From NCBI GenBank assembly GCA_026391215.1, contig JAPLDX010000019.1, positions 1 through 10,189 on the forward strand: a stretch of DNA of 10,189 nucleotides, given 5' to 3'. The notes beneath the pieces were generated by a model. The model made no database searches, was not told the DNA's origin, and worked only from the letters and a program-made list of their open reading frames with translations. A program made the translations under genes and the position numbers. Below, one piece after another: positions 1 through 8,140 of the stretch (the first letter of the stretch is position 1; each line of letters starts with the position of its first letter). Source of the DNA: Bacteroidia bacterium. GTDB lineage: Bacteria > Bacteroidota > Bacteroidia > Bacteroidales > VadinHA17.

Positions 1-120
1 GGCGGTGTTGAATATCTGTTATTTGTGAAATCTAATTCAACACCCTCCGGGGTTGATACTCCTCTTTCAATTCTACCCCGGATGTAACCGGGGATATTGG
101 ATTTCAAAGCCTCCGGCTTT
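1..120. repeat. REP-like multi-hairpin palindromic element, probably truncated by the window edge
   Basis: Perfect 10-bp inverted repeat GGTGTTGAAT (4-13)/ATTCAACACC (35-44). GC-rich hairpins TCAACACC-CTCC-GGGGTTGA (37-56, one mismatch), CCCCGG-ATGTAA-CCGGGG (76-93) and AAAGCC-TCC-GGCTTT (106-120), in an AT-rich intergenic background. Confidence 0.65.
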
Positions 121-140
121 AGAACAATCTAAAATTCTAT

Positions 141-166
141 CCTTTGCACCATTGTCCCTTTGCACC
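141..166. repeat. Degenerate 8-bp-period tandem repeat
   Basis: CCTTTGCACC at 141-150 and 157-166; the stretch reads as CTTTGCAC-CATTGTCC-CTTTGCAC. Confidence 0.5.
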
Positions 167-221
167 GTTCATTTTGAATAGTCCACTATCTTTCATAATT
201 TAACAGCCTTATTATTACAGA

Positions 222-800
222 ATGAACTGGATTGATCTTATTATAATCATCATTCTTGGTGTTGCCCTTGTCAGGGGATTTACTGACGGCTTTGTTAAGG
301 AAGTAGCCTCACTGGCTGCCCTGATACTGGGAATATGGGGTGCAATAAGATTCTCAGTTTTCACTGCAGGGAAGCTTTATGAATGGTTCGATATGACCGG
401 GCAATATGTTGGTATAGTTTCATTCCTGGTGACATTCGGGGTGATTGTTGTATTAATTAATTTCATAGGTATTCTGGTCGACAAAATCGTCGATACTATC
501 TCCCTGGGTTTTCTAAACAGACTTCTGGGTATAGTCTTCGGATTTTTCAAATCAGTGCTTATCCTGAGCGTTTTCTTTGTGATACTGAATGCTATTGATG
601 TACGCAGGCCATTTCTTCCCAAAGAGAAGATAGAGGAATCGATGTTTTATAATCCTATTGCCGACGTTGCCCCGGCACTATTCCCGATAATCGGAGAAGG
701 TGATTTTCTGAAGAGCTTTGAAAGGTTCAGGAAAACCCCTGATGTTGTCCCGGAAACTGAACCGGAAACAGAACCAAAACCGGAAGAGGTCCCGGTTTAA
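222..800 (+). CDS. cvpA: CvpA (colicin V production) family membrane protein
   Basis: 192 aa. N-terminus MNWIDLIIIIIL...RGF..GFVKE, about four hydrophobic helices and LNRLLG..FGFFK are typical of the family. Acidic Pro-rich C-terminal tail. Confidence 0.9.
   Translation: MNWIDLIIIIILGVALVRGFTDGFVKEVASLAALILGIWGAIRFSVFTAGKLYEWFDMTGQYVGIVSFLVTFGVIVVLINFIGILVDKIVDTISLGFLNRLLGIVFGFFKSVLILSVFFVILNAIDVRRPFLPKEKIEESMFYNPIADVAPALFPIIGEGDFLKSFERFRKTPDVVPETEPETEPKPEEVPV
750..785 (+). repeat. 12-bp tandem duplication in the cvpA 3' end
   Basis: CCGGAAACTGAA CCGGAAACAGAA CCAAAA CCGGAA encodes PETE-PETE-PK-PE. Confidence 0.7.
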
Positions 801-810
801 CCTTCTTTAC

Positions 811-818
811 TATATTTG
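811..818 (+). promoter_or_regulatory. Bacteroidota -7 promoter element for tyrS
   Basis: TATATTTG(CA) matches TAnnTTTG exactly and ends 21 nt before the tyrS ATG. No clear -33 TTTG. Confidence 0.7.
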
Positions 819-839
819 CAATTCTGAAAGTTAGAATTT

Positions 840-2132
840 ATGAATTTTATTGAAGAACTGAAATGGAGAGGTATGATACATGATATCATGCCCGGAACAG
901 AAGAATTGCTGAAAAAGGAGATCACTACAGGATATATAGGATTTGATCCTACTGCTGATTCACTTCACATCGGACACATGGTCCAGGTCATGCTCCTGGT
1001 GCATTTTCAGCGGGCGGGGCACGTTCCAGTTGCACTGGTAGGCGGAGCTACCGGTATGATAGGCGATCCTTCAGGCAGATCAGAGGAAAGATGCCTGTTA
1101 GACGAAGCGACCCTCCAGAAAAACCAGGAAGGGATAAAGAAACAACTGTCAAAATTTCTTGATTTTCAACCGGATAAAAAGAACAGGGCTATCATGGTCA
1201 ATAATTACGACTGGATGAAGGAATACTCTTTCCTTGGCTTTATCCGTGATATCGGGAAGCATATCACAGTGAATTATATGATGGCTAAAGACTCGGTAAA
1301 GAAAAGATTGGGATCTGAAACAGGAGAGGGAATGTCATTTACAGAATTTTCTTACCAGCTTGTACAGGGAACAGATTTTCTTCATCTGTATAATAAGTAT
1401 GGATGCCGTCTGCAGATGGGCGGTTCCGATCAATGGGGCAATATTGTCACCGGCACCGAACTGATCCGGCGAAAGACCGGCGGAGAGGCCTTCGCATTGA
1501 CATGTCCGCTTATTACAAAATCGGACGGTTCAAAATTCGGGAAGACTGAATCAGGAAATGTATGGCTCGATCCTGAAAAAACCTCGCCATATCATTTTTA
1601 CCAGTTCTGGCTCAACGTATCAGATGAGGATGCTGCGAAATACATAAAAATATTCACCCTGCTTGAACAAAATGAAATAGAAAATCTTATTTCAGAACAC
1701 AATAAGTCTCCTCATGAGCGCCTGCTTCAGAAGCGCCTTGCAGAAGAAATGACAGTCATGGTCCATTCACGTGAAGAGCTGGAAGCAGCCATTGAAGCAT
1801 CGCAGATACTGTTCGGAAAAGGTACGACAGATTCTCTGAAAAGAATGAACGAGAATATGTTACTGTCTGTATTTGAGGGAGTTCCGTCTTTTGATGTACC
1901 TGAGAAAGTACTGACCGGGGGAGTGACTTTTGCAAATCTTTGTGCAGAGCATGCTCAGGTATTCTCATCAAAAGGAGAACTTAAGCGCATGATTGAAGGA
2001 GGAGGAGTAAGCCTTAACAAGGTGAAGGTTGAAAATCCTGATATAATGGTAGGGAAGGAACAGCTGCTGAATAAGAAATATCTCCTTGTTCAGAAGGGGA
2101 AAAAGAACTATTTCCTTATACGGATTATCTGA
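840..2132 (+). CDS. tyrS: Tyrosine--tRNA ligase
   Basis: 430 aa. [13 protein letters not shown] (HIGH), [16 protein letters not shown] (KMSKS equivalent) and a C-terminal S4-like domain ending KGKKNY. Confidence 0.99.
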   Translation: MNFIEELKWRGMIHDIMPGTEELLKKEITTGYIGFDPTADSLHIGHMVQVMLLVHFQRAGHVPVALVGGATGMIGDPSGRSEERCLLDEATLQKNQEGIKKQLSKFLDFQPDKKNRAIMVNNYDWMKEYSFLGFIRDIGKHITVNYMMAKDSVKKRLGSETGEGMSFTEFSYQLVQGTDFLHLYNKYGCRLQMGGSDQWGNIVTGTELIRRKTGGEAFALTCPLITKSDGSKFGKTESGNVWLDPEKTSPYHFYQFWLNVSDEDAAKYIKIFTLLEQNEIENLISEHNKSPHERLLQKRLAEEMTVMVHSREELEAAIEASQILFGKGTTDSLKRMNENMLLSVFEGVPSFDVPEKVLTGGVTFANLCAEHAQVFSSKGELKRMIEGGGVSLNKVKVENPDIMVGKEQLLNKKYLLVQKGKKNYFLIRII

Positions 2133-2135
2133 CAG

Positions 2136-3362
2136 CTACCTGAGATCGGCAGCAATTATTGACACATCATCAAAGAGATACGGATTTGAATTATCGGGTA
2201 TTCCCAGGAACTCTATCATTGCCTGAATATTCTCTTCAACCGGCTTCATGTTTGAAATATACCTGATAATTACACCAGTCCCGATATCCTTACCGGTATC
2301 ATCCTTCAGCTCTGAAAGCCCATCGGTATAGCATACTATCTTGGTATAACCTTTTACAGGTATCTCAACTTTTTTAACAACCGGTATTTCATCGAGCATT
2401 CCGATGCCAACACAGCAAGCTTCAAAATGCTTTACATCGCCTGATGAAGTATTATAAAAAACAGGAGCATTATGTGCTGCATTAACATATTCAAGGATCT
2501 TATTTTTATGATCATAACGGGCGACGAAGAAAGTAATGAATTTTTCACCGGCAGCATTTGAGACCACTATTGAATTAAGCTTATTAACCAGCAGTTCCAA
2601 ATCAATTTCTGCAGTAAGCAATGCACGCAGGCTTGCCTGGAAATTTGACATCAGTATTGCAGCAGAGATCCCCTTTCCGGAAACATCGGCTATACAAAAT
2701 CCCGTTTTTGTTTCCGACAGCTTTATACAGTCATAATAATCGCCGCCTACTTCATAGTGCGGGTGATAAAAGCCATTCACAATAATTAGAGGATTGCGGG
2801 GCATCTGACTATTATCGGGAATCAGCATTTTTTGCATTCTGGCAGCCAGTTCCAGCTCTTTTTTCATGGCTACCTGGCGAAGGCTTTCCTTATGCAGCCT
2901 TATATTCTCTATTGCTACAATTATGATACTTGAAATTGTCTGGATGAAATTCAGATGCTTGAGCACCGGGCTCATTCCTTCTCCCTCTTCTTCAATATCC
3001 CCGATGAAGAGAAAAGCAAGATGGACATTGTTATTGAAGACAGGCACAATGATATCGACTCCCTCAAAATCCATATCAGAAGATACGTAGGTAATATCAT
3101 CAAAGCCCAGAAGGCGTTCCTCTACATTTATTTTCTCAAAGCTTTTCGGGAAGCCTCCGTTCATAAGGCACTCCCATGTCTCGGAGCGTTTAAAGATGAG
3201 TATCTTGCCTATCCCGAGATTCTCCCTGAGGATTGATTCGTATTTGGAAAGAAGAGCCTCTGTCGGCAGGTTTGCATTGATCGATAATGTAACATCGAGC
3301 AACGAATCCAGCTTGAATTTGGATATTTTAAGCCTGTCGTTCGGGATCTTTTTGTTTTCCAT
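2136..3362 (-). CDS. SpoIIE/RsbU-like PP2C (PPM) Ser/Thr phosphatase with a probable N-terminal GAF-like domain
   Basis: 408 aa. Linker AIEN..L....KKELELAARMQ, then VGGDYYD, IADVSGKG, YTDGL and DDVS metal-binding motifs, all intact. The GAF-like assignment is inference. Confidence 0.92.
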   Translation of the reverse strand: MENKKIPNDRLKISKFKLDSLLDVTLSINANLPTEALLSKYESILRENLGIGKILIFKRSETWECLMNGGFPKSFEKINVEERLLGFDDITYVSSDMDFEGVDIIVPVFNNNVHLAFLFIGDIEEEGEGMSPVLKHLNFIQTISSIIIVAIENIRLHKESLRQVAMKKELELAARMQKMLIPDNSQMPRNPLIIVNGFYHPHYEVGGDYYDCIKLSETKTGFCIADVSGKGISAAILMSNFQASLRALLTAEIDLELLVNKLNSIVVSNAAGEKFITFFVARYDHKNKILEYVNAAHNAPVFYNTSSGDVKHFEACCVGIGMLDEIPVVKKVEIPVKGYTKIVCYTDGLSELKDDTGKDIGTGVIIRYISNMKPVEENIQAMIEFLGIPDNSNPYLFDDVSIIAADLR

Positions 3363-3370
3363 TTCAGAAT

Positions 3371-3937
3371 CTAACTCTTTACCCGATCCATATAGGTCCT
3401 GTTGCGGGTATCAATTCTTATTTTATCTCCTATGTTGATGAACAGAGGTACCATTATTGTACTTCCGTTTTCCATTTTTGCCTGTTTATAGGCGTTTGTT
3501 GCTGTGTCTCCTTTCAATCCTCGTTCGGAATAAACAACTTCCAGAACAACAAACTGCGGGAGTTCAACAGACAGAACTGTTTCTGTATCAGCATGCACAA
3601 CAACCTCAACATGTTGTCCTTCAAGCAAAAATTCAGGAGAGTCTATCACTGCTTCCTCAACATGTATCTGCTCAAAAGTTTCAAGGTGCATGAAATAATA
3701 ACCGATATCATCTTTGTAAAGATATTGGCAGGGGCGCCTTTCCACCCTTGCCAGGTTAACTTTTGTTCCTGATGAAAATGTATTGTCAATTACTCTTCCG
3801 GTCTTGATGTTCCTGAGCTTTGTCCTGACAAATGCCGGTCCTTTTCCGGGTTTTACATGTTGAAAAGAAACAATGGAATAGAGGTCATTATTAAATTCAA
3901 TAACCATTCCATTCCTGAAATCTGCTGTACTTGCCAT
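3371..3937 (-). CDS. efp: Translation elongation factor P
   Basis: 188 aa. HVKPGKGPAFVRTKL loop, GDTA and VPLFI..GD.I.IDTR motifs. Confidence 0.99.
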   Translation of the reverse strand: MASTADFRNGMVIEFNNDLYSIVSFQHVKPGKGPAFVRTKLRNIKTGRVIDNTFSSGTKVNLARVERRPCQYLYKDDIGYYFMHLETFEQIHVEEAVIDSPEFLLEGQHVEVVVHADTETVLSVELPQFVVLEVVYSERGLKGDTATNAYKQAKMENGSTIMVPLFINIGDKIRIDTRNRTYMDRVKS

Positions 3938-3964
3938 AAATTTAGTAATAATTACTGAGTTATT

Positions 3965-4744
3965 CTATTTCTTTTTTATATCAATGGGATATACCAGACC
4001 TTCGTAGTCAACCATATCTACCATAAATGATCCCACAAATATATCAAAACGGATTTTAACCGGTAAAAAATTTTTGTCATCTGAAAACCAGAATGAAACA
4101 TCCTCCTCGCTTTTAAAAAGTCTTCCCGTTTCAGTTACAGGATTGAATTTATGACATCTCAGCTTCCCGGCTTTTGTCCTGACCTCTTCTGTTCCCATGT
4201 ACCTCATTTTGATAGGATACAGCTCATCAGTAAACCAGGTCAAAACGGTGATCGTTTCACCCTTTTTTATTTTATCAATATCCGGGAAGATGCGATTCCG
4301 GTACCAGTAAAAGCATGAAAGGATATCATGAATACCCTGCTGTGTGATATGTATTCCCGTAAGATCGCTTGAAAGTATAGCAGAATCCTTTCTGGTCTTA
4401 TGGTCGAACGTCACCTCATTGTACCTTCTGTATCTGCCTTCGCTTATGTTTCTTACCGATAAAACAGGCAATTCGGTCTTTGGATCAATATAGCTTTCAT
4501 AAATATCCACAACCTTGAAAACAGCATCGGCAAAGCCCGTAGTTCTTCCAACCAGCACGGAATGCCATACATCTTTCCCGTTTAATGTTTCTTTTTTAAT
4601 CTCCAGCGACGCAGTGCCTCCAGTGACAACACCATAATGAACCAGATATGAAACCCTTTCTCCCGGCTTATATGCAGTAACCTGCCCTGTTCCCTGAGCC
4701 AGGAACATGAAAAGTAACCCTGAAGTTAAAAATAGCTTCTTCAT
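3965..4744 (-). CDS. DUF3108-like secreted/periplasmic protein
   Basis: 259 aa. Sec signal MKKLFLTSGLLFMFLAQGTG/Q, then GERVSYLVHYG, D.YESYID, HDILS and W.SDDKN.LPVKI, resembling Bacteroidota DUF3108 proteins (recognition from memory, no HMM run). Confidence 0.75.
   Translation of the reverse strand: MKKLFLTSGLLFMFLAQGTGQVTAYKPGERVSYLVHYGVVTGGTASLEIKKETLNGKDVWHSVLVGRTTGFADAVFKVVDIYESYIDPKTELPVLSVRNISEGRYRRYNEVTFDHKTRKDSAILSSDLTGIHITQQGIHDILSCFYWYRNRIFPDIDKIKKGETITVLTWFTDELYPIKMRYMGTEEVRTKAGKLRCHKFNPVTETGRLFKSEEDVSFWFSDDKNFLPVKIRFDIFVGSFMVDMVDYEGLVYPIDIKKK
4036..4043 (-). promoter_or_regulatory. Possible internal -7 promoter element for efp and the phosphatase gene
   Basis: Minus-strand TATATTTG inside the 3' end of the DUF3108-like gene, about 100 nt upstream of the efp ATG. 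It could simply be a product of the D-I-F-V codons. Confidence 0.35.
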
Positions 4745-4782
4745 TGTATCAAAATCACAGGCAATTTGCGGGCCAATTATTT

Positions 4783-5472
4783 TTAAAGTATATTTTTGAC
4801 AGGTTTAGTGGCTAAAAAGTCTTTCAGATAGAACGGTTCAAAATATGCTGTGTTTTCAATACGGGATTCTTTAAGATATTCGTATGCAGGTCGTTGCATA
4901 AATGAAGCGGATATTCTGAAATCTTTGTCAAAGAAGATATTATTACGTTTAATGAGATCCCTGCATTTGCCGCTTCCGTCTCCAAAGAAAAAAATCCTGG
5001 AACGATCAGGGATATCAGAAAAAGAATCTTTACCAATGACCTCAGCCCTTATACCTTTTACAGTATTGCCTTTTACATCAAAAACAGAATAATAAACTTC
5101 CATCCTGCGGGCATCCAGGAGGGGACAGAAAAGATCGGTTTCCTGAACTGTTTCTGCCTTAGAGATATAACCCCGGAACATTGAATATGTTGTATCCACG
5201 CCTATCAGTGGTATTGAGGCTGCATAGGCTATTCCTTTTGCAACTGAAACCCCGATACGGAGACCGGTATAGGATCCGGGTCCCTTGCTGACTGCAACAG
5301 CCTCGAGATCTGTTGTCCTGATCCCTGCTTCTCTTAAAAGTTCATAAATAAATACTGTCAGCAATGAAGCATGTGACCGGCCTTCGTCACTTTCTTTAAG
5401 AGCAATCACACTACTATCGTCACATAATGCAACGGAGCAGAGGGATGTTGCGGTTTCAAGGCAGAGTATCAT
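4783..5472 (-). CDS. tsaB: tRNA t6A37 threonylcarbamoyltransferase complex subunit TsaB
   Basis: 229 aa. ILCLETAT..CSVAL, GPGSYTGLRIG, DARRMEVY and EPFYLKDF. The start overlaps the upstream stop (ATGA at 5472-5469). Confidence 0.97.
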   Translation of the reverse strand: MILCLETATSLCSVALCDDSSVIALKESDEGRSHASLLTVFIYELLREAGIRTTDLEAVAVSKGPGSYTGLRIGVSVAKGIAYAASIPLIGVDTTYSMFRGYISKAETVQETDLFCPLLDARRMEVYYSVFDVKGNTVKGIRAEVIGKDSFSDIPDRSRIFFFGDGSGKCRDLIKRNNIFFDKDFRISASFMQRPAYEYLKESRIENTAYFEPFYLKDFLATKPVKNIL

Positions 5473-6725
5473 TTCTCCTTATACAGGTCCTCTTTTTTGA
5501 CAATTTCAATCAGGGTGCTGTCGGATAATTTTTTGCTAATAGCGCTGAAAGGTGCTGAAATAACACGGGCGCTGTCCTCAACACCCTCTGTTATTTCAAT
5601 GTAATTATTATCCTGAATGCCTGTTTTGACATCCTTTGCCAGTGCATATTCCCCGTCGGTGATAAAGACAAGAGTGCGGATCTCCTCATCAGCAGCAGTG
5701 GAGGTTACCTTTGTCGTATCGACACGGGTTGTCACTGACTGGATCGGTACAGTAATTATGCCGGGTTTTGATTCAGTCTCAATATCTACCGTTGCGGACA
5801 TACCGGGACGGAATGGATTATTACCCTCTGATGCCAGCTTTTCATAAGATTGCGGAAGAACAAGGATCTTTACATCAAAATTTGTTACCTGGTCAGCAGA
5901 CATACCGGTTGTCTTTGCCGAGTTTGCGATTTCTGTGACAATTCCCTTGAATTTTTCATCAAGATAGGCATCCACTTCAATAATAGCAGTATCTCCGAGG
6001 CCTACCCTCACGATATCATTTTCATTCACCTCGACCTGTGCTTCCATGCGCGAAAGGTCAGCAACACGCATAATATCCGTTCCAGCCATAAGGTTTGTTC
6101 CTGCAACTCTCTCGCCCAGTTCGACAAGCAGCATGGAAACAGTGCCTGTCATCGGTGAATATATTGATGTTTTAGTAAGGTTTTCACTTGCCTCTTTAAG
6201 AGAAGCCTCAGCGCTCACTATAGAGAATTTTGCGGCATCCACCTCGGATTTTGCCACATTGTAGGAAGCTTCAGCCTGTTCATATTCCGATTTGGAAATG
6301 GTCTGTTCCTCATAAAGTTGCTTTGTCCTTTTATACGATAATTCTGACTGTTTGAACTGTGCTTCAACCTGTGCAAGACGCGCCCGTGCTGAGCTTATAG
6401 CTGCCATAGAACGGTCTCTCTGGGAGATATAAATGTCAGGCTTTATTCTAAGGAGCAGCTGTCCCTTTTCAACAGGATCTCCCTCTTTTACAGTGAGCTC
6501 AATAATCTCACCGGAAACATCGGGAGTTATCTTTACCTCTTTTTCGGGCTGTATTTTACCGTTAGCTGTTATCGTTTCGGTGATCATGCGCTTTTCAGCA
6601 TATTCAACTGCAACCTTTACTGTTGCAGCTTTACCGAACCAGCCTGCTTTCTTTCCGATTACTGCAAAGACTAAAAGTACTACAACTACAATGATCAGGA
6701 TTTTTAATATCTTATTTTTTTTCAT
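5469..6725 (-). CDS. Efflux periplasmic adaptor subunit (MacA/HlyD-like membrane fusion protein)
   Basis: 418 aa. Basic N-terminus plus one transmembrane anchor, lipoyl half motifs VSGEI..L.VKEGD.V.KGQLL and IYSPMTGTV, a coiled-coil hairpin, FRPGMSATVDI and VKTGIQD. Confidence 0.95.
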   Translation of the reverse strand: MKKNKILKILIIVVVVLLVFAVIGKKAGWFGKAATVKVAVEYAEKRMITETITANGKIQPEKEVKITPDVSGEIIELTVKEGDPVEKGQLLLRIKPDIYISQRDRSMAAISSARARLAQVEAQFKQSELSYKRTKQLYEEQTISKSEYEQAEASYNVAKSEVDAAKFSIVSAEASLKEASENLTKTSIYSPMTGTVSMLLVELGERVAGTNLMAGTDIMRVADLSRMEAQVEVNENDIVRVGLGDTAIIEVDAYLDEKFKGIVTEIANSAKTTGMSADQVTNFDVKILVLPQSYEKLASEGNNPFRPGMSATVDIETESKPGIITVPIQSVTTRVDTTKVTSTAADEEIRTLVFITDGEYALAKDVKTGIQDNNYIEITEGVEDSARVISAPFSAISKKLSDSTLIEIVKKEDLYKEK

Positions 6726-6750
6726 GATATTATGCCTTAAATATTTGGAT

Positions 6751-8115
6751 TTACTTATTTAGATTTAATGGTAAGCCTTTATAAAAGTCAAGAACTTTAG
6801 TCTTGAAAATATATTCATATTTTGCCTGCGACATATCTGACTGGGCATTTAATAGCTGTGACTTTGCAGCGTTATAATCAAAAGGAGTTACCATTCCCAC
6901 ATTAAATTTCTGCTCGGTATACCTGAATGATTCCTCCATTGAAGTAACAGCCTTCATACTGGCGCTGTATTTTTTCAGGGCAGCAACAGCGTCAGCATAA
7001 GCCTGCTGTATCCTTTTATAAAGATCTTTCTTTTCTGACTCAAGGGTATACCTGCTGCTTTCTATATTCAGCCTTGAGTTGGCAATATTCTTATTGACCT
7101 GCCATCCGTTAAGTATAGGGAGATTGAGTGAAAACCCAAGTCCATAGTTCATATTATCGTTAAACTGTTCAGAAAAAGGATATTCTCCATAAACCGGTCC
7201 GGTCAACGGATCAATGCTAAGTATTTTTTGTCTGATGTTGGAATACATTGTACTGGCGGAATGACTCATTGAGAGTTTTGGACTTCTTCCTCCTTTTGCT
7301 ATTTTCAGATCCAGTTCACTAACGTTAAGATTCAGTTCAGCACTTTTTATTTCAGGTCTCAATCCCTGTGCCTGGGCAAAAATCTCTTCTACTTTTCCGG
7401 TGATGATTGTGTTGGTATCGATGGAAATCTCCGGAACAACGATCCGGAATCCTTCAGGCGATTCAAGCTCAAGCATCTGGGTGATTGTCAGGTAAGAAAC
7501 ATCAAGCTGATTCTTGAGGTTTATCAGCTGCAGTTCCTCGCTGGCCGCCTGTGCCTCGATTTGAAGGAGATTGCCTTTTGCAACACTTCCGGCATCGAAC
7601 ATTTTCTTGGTTTTCTGTATCTGCTGTATGGTAATCTGAAGCTGGCTGTCAGTGGCTGTAACCAGCTCATTATTAAGCAGTATCTGAAGATAGGCAAGAG
7701 CAATATTAAGCGATATGTTATCTTTAATGCTCTGGAGGTCAAGCTCGCTTGCCATAAGCTGATATTTATTCTTCCTGATTGCATTATAGCTCTGAAGGCC
7801 ATTGAAAAGGTTAAGACTTCCTCCAAGATAGAACTGGTTTGACTGTCCATTCTGATCGACATATTGATAGGTAGTCTGGTCAAGAGTGCGGTTAAAAGAG
7901 TAATTGTGAGATGCCTGGCCGTTAAGAGTAGGCAGGAGATCCAGCTTCGACTGGGAAAGAGTATTCTCCTGGTACCTTGTCTGAAGAACCTGCTGTTTGA
8001 TCTGGATATTATTGTCAATGGCGTACTTAACGCACTCCTCAAGCGACCAAAGCTTTTCCTGCGCCCTGATAAGCCCGGGCGATAGTGAAAGTACGAAGAT
8101 AATTATTATCTTAAT
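6751..8115 (-). CDS. TolC-family outer membrane efflux protein (about 454 aa; start inferred at a non-canonical ATT)
   Basis: The track's 334-aa ORF (6751-7755) continues in frame upstream without a stop until TAG at 8157-8155. Hand translation gives (I)KIIIIFVLSLSPGLIRA/QEKLWSLEECVKYAIDNNIQIKQ...LLPTLNG...LNLFNGLQ, a signal peptide plus the usual TolC N-terminus. The exact start is uncertain. Confidence 0.9.
   Translation of the reverse strand: MKIIIIFVLSLSPGLIRAQEKLWSLEECVKYAIDNNIQIKQQVLQTRYQENTLSQSKLDLLPTLNGQASHNYSFNRTLDQTTYQYVDQNGQSNQFYLGGSLNLFNGLQSYNAIRKNKYQLMASELDLQSIKDNISLNIALAYLQILLNNELVTATDSQLQITIQQIQKTKKMFDAGSVAKGNLLQIEAQAASEELQLINLKNQLDVSYLTITQMLELESPEGFRIVVPEISIDTNTIITGKVEEIFAQAQGLRPEIKSAELNLNVSELDLKIAKGGRSPKLSMSHSASTMYSNIRQKILSIDPLTGPVYGEYPFSEQFNDNMNYGLGFSLNLPILNGWQVNKNIANSRLNIESSRYTLESEKKDLYKRIQQAYADAVAALKKYSASMKAVTSMEESFRYTEQKFNVGMVTPFDYNAAKSQLLNAQSDMSQAKYEYIFKTKVLDFYKGLPLNLNK
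8096..8112. promoter_or_regulatory. Perfect 8-1-8 palindrome resembling a Fur-family box
   Basis: AAGATAAT-T-ATTATCTT contains GATAAT-N-ATTATC. It lies over the first TolC codons and 65 nt upstream of the aldolase ATG. Confidence 0.35.
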
Positions 8116-8132
8116 TTGACAGGCTTTTTTCT

Positions 8133-8140
8133 CTAAAATA
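8133..8140 (-). promoter_or_regulatory. Candidate variant -7 element for the TolC operon
   Basis: Minus-strand TATTTTAG, one mismatch to TAnnTTTG. The same octamer precedes the 9434 gene at 9401-9408. Confidence 0.35.

Noticed and set aside
1-170. CRISPR array
   Set aside because: The repeats are inverted or short-period, with no regularly spaced direct repeats separated by unique spacers and no cas genes.
222-800. Bacteriocin production/export system (CvpA plus TolC and adaptor)
   Set aside because: CvpA is a widespread housekeeping membrane protein on the opposite strand, and no precursor peptide or peptidase-ABC transporter is present.
801-839. T-box riboswitch upstream of tyrS
   Set aside because: The intergenic gap is only 39 bp and holds a promoter box; there is no room for a T-box leader.
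7524-8042. 172-aa minus-strand ORF as a frameshifted N-terminal half of TolC
   Set aside because: The real TolC N-terminus is continuous in the same frame as 6751-7755, so no frameshift is needed, and this ORF is not TolC-like.
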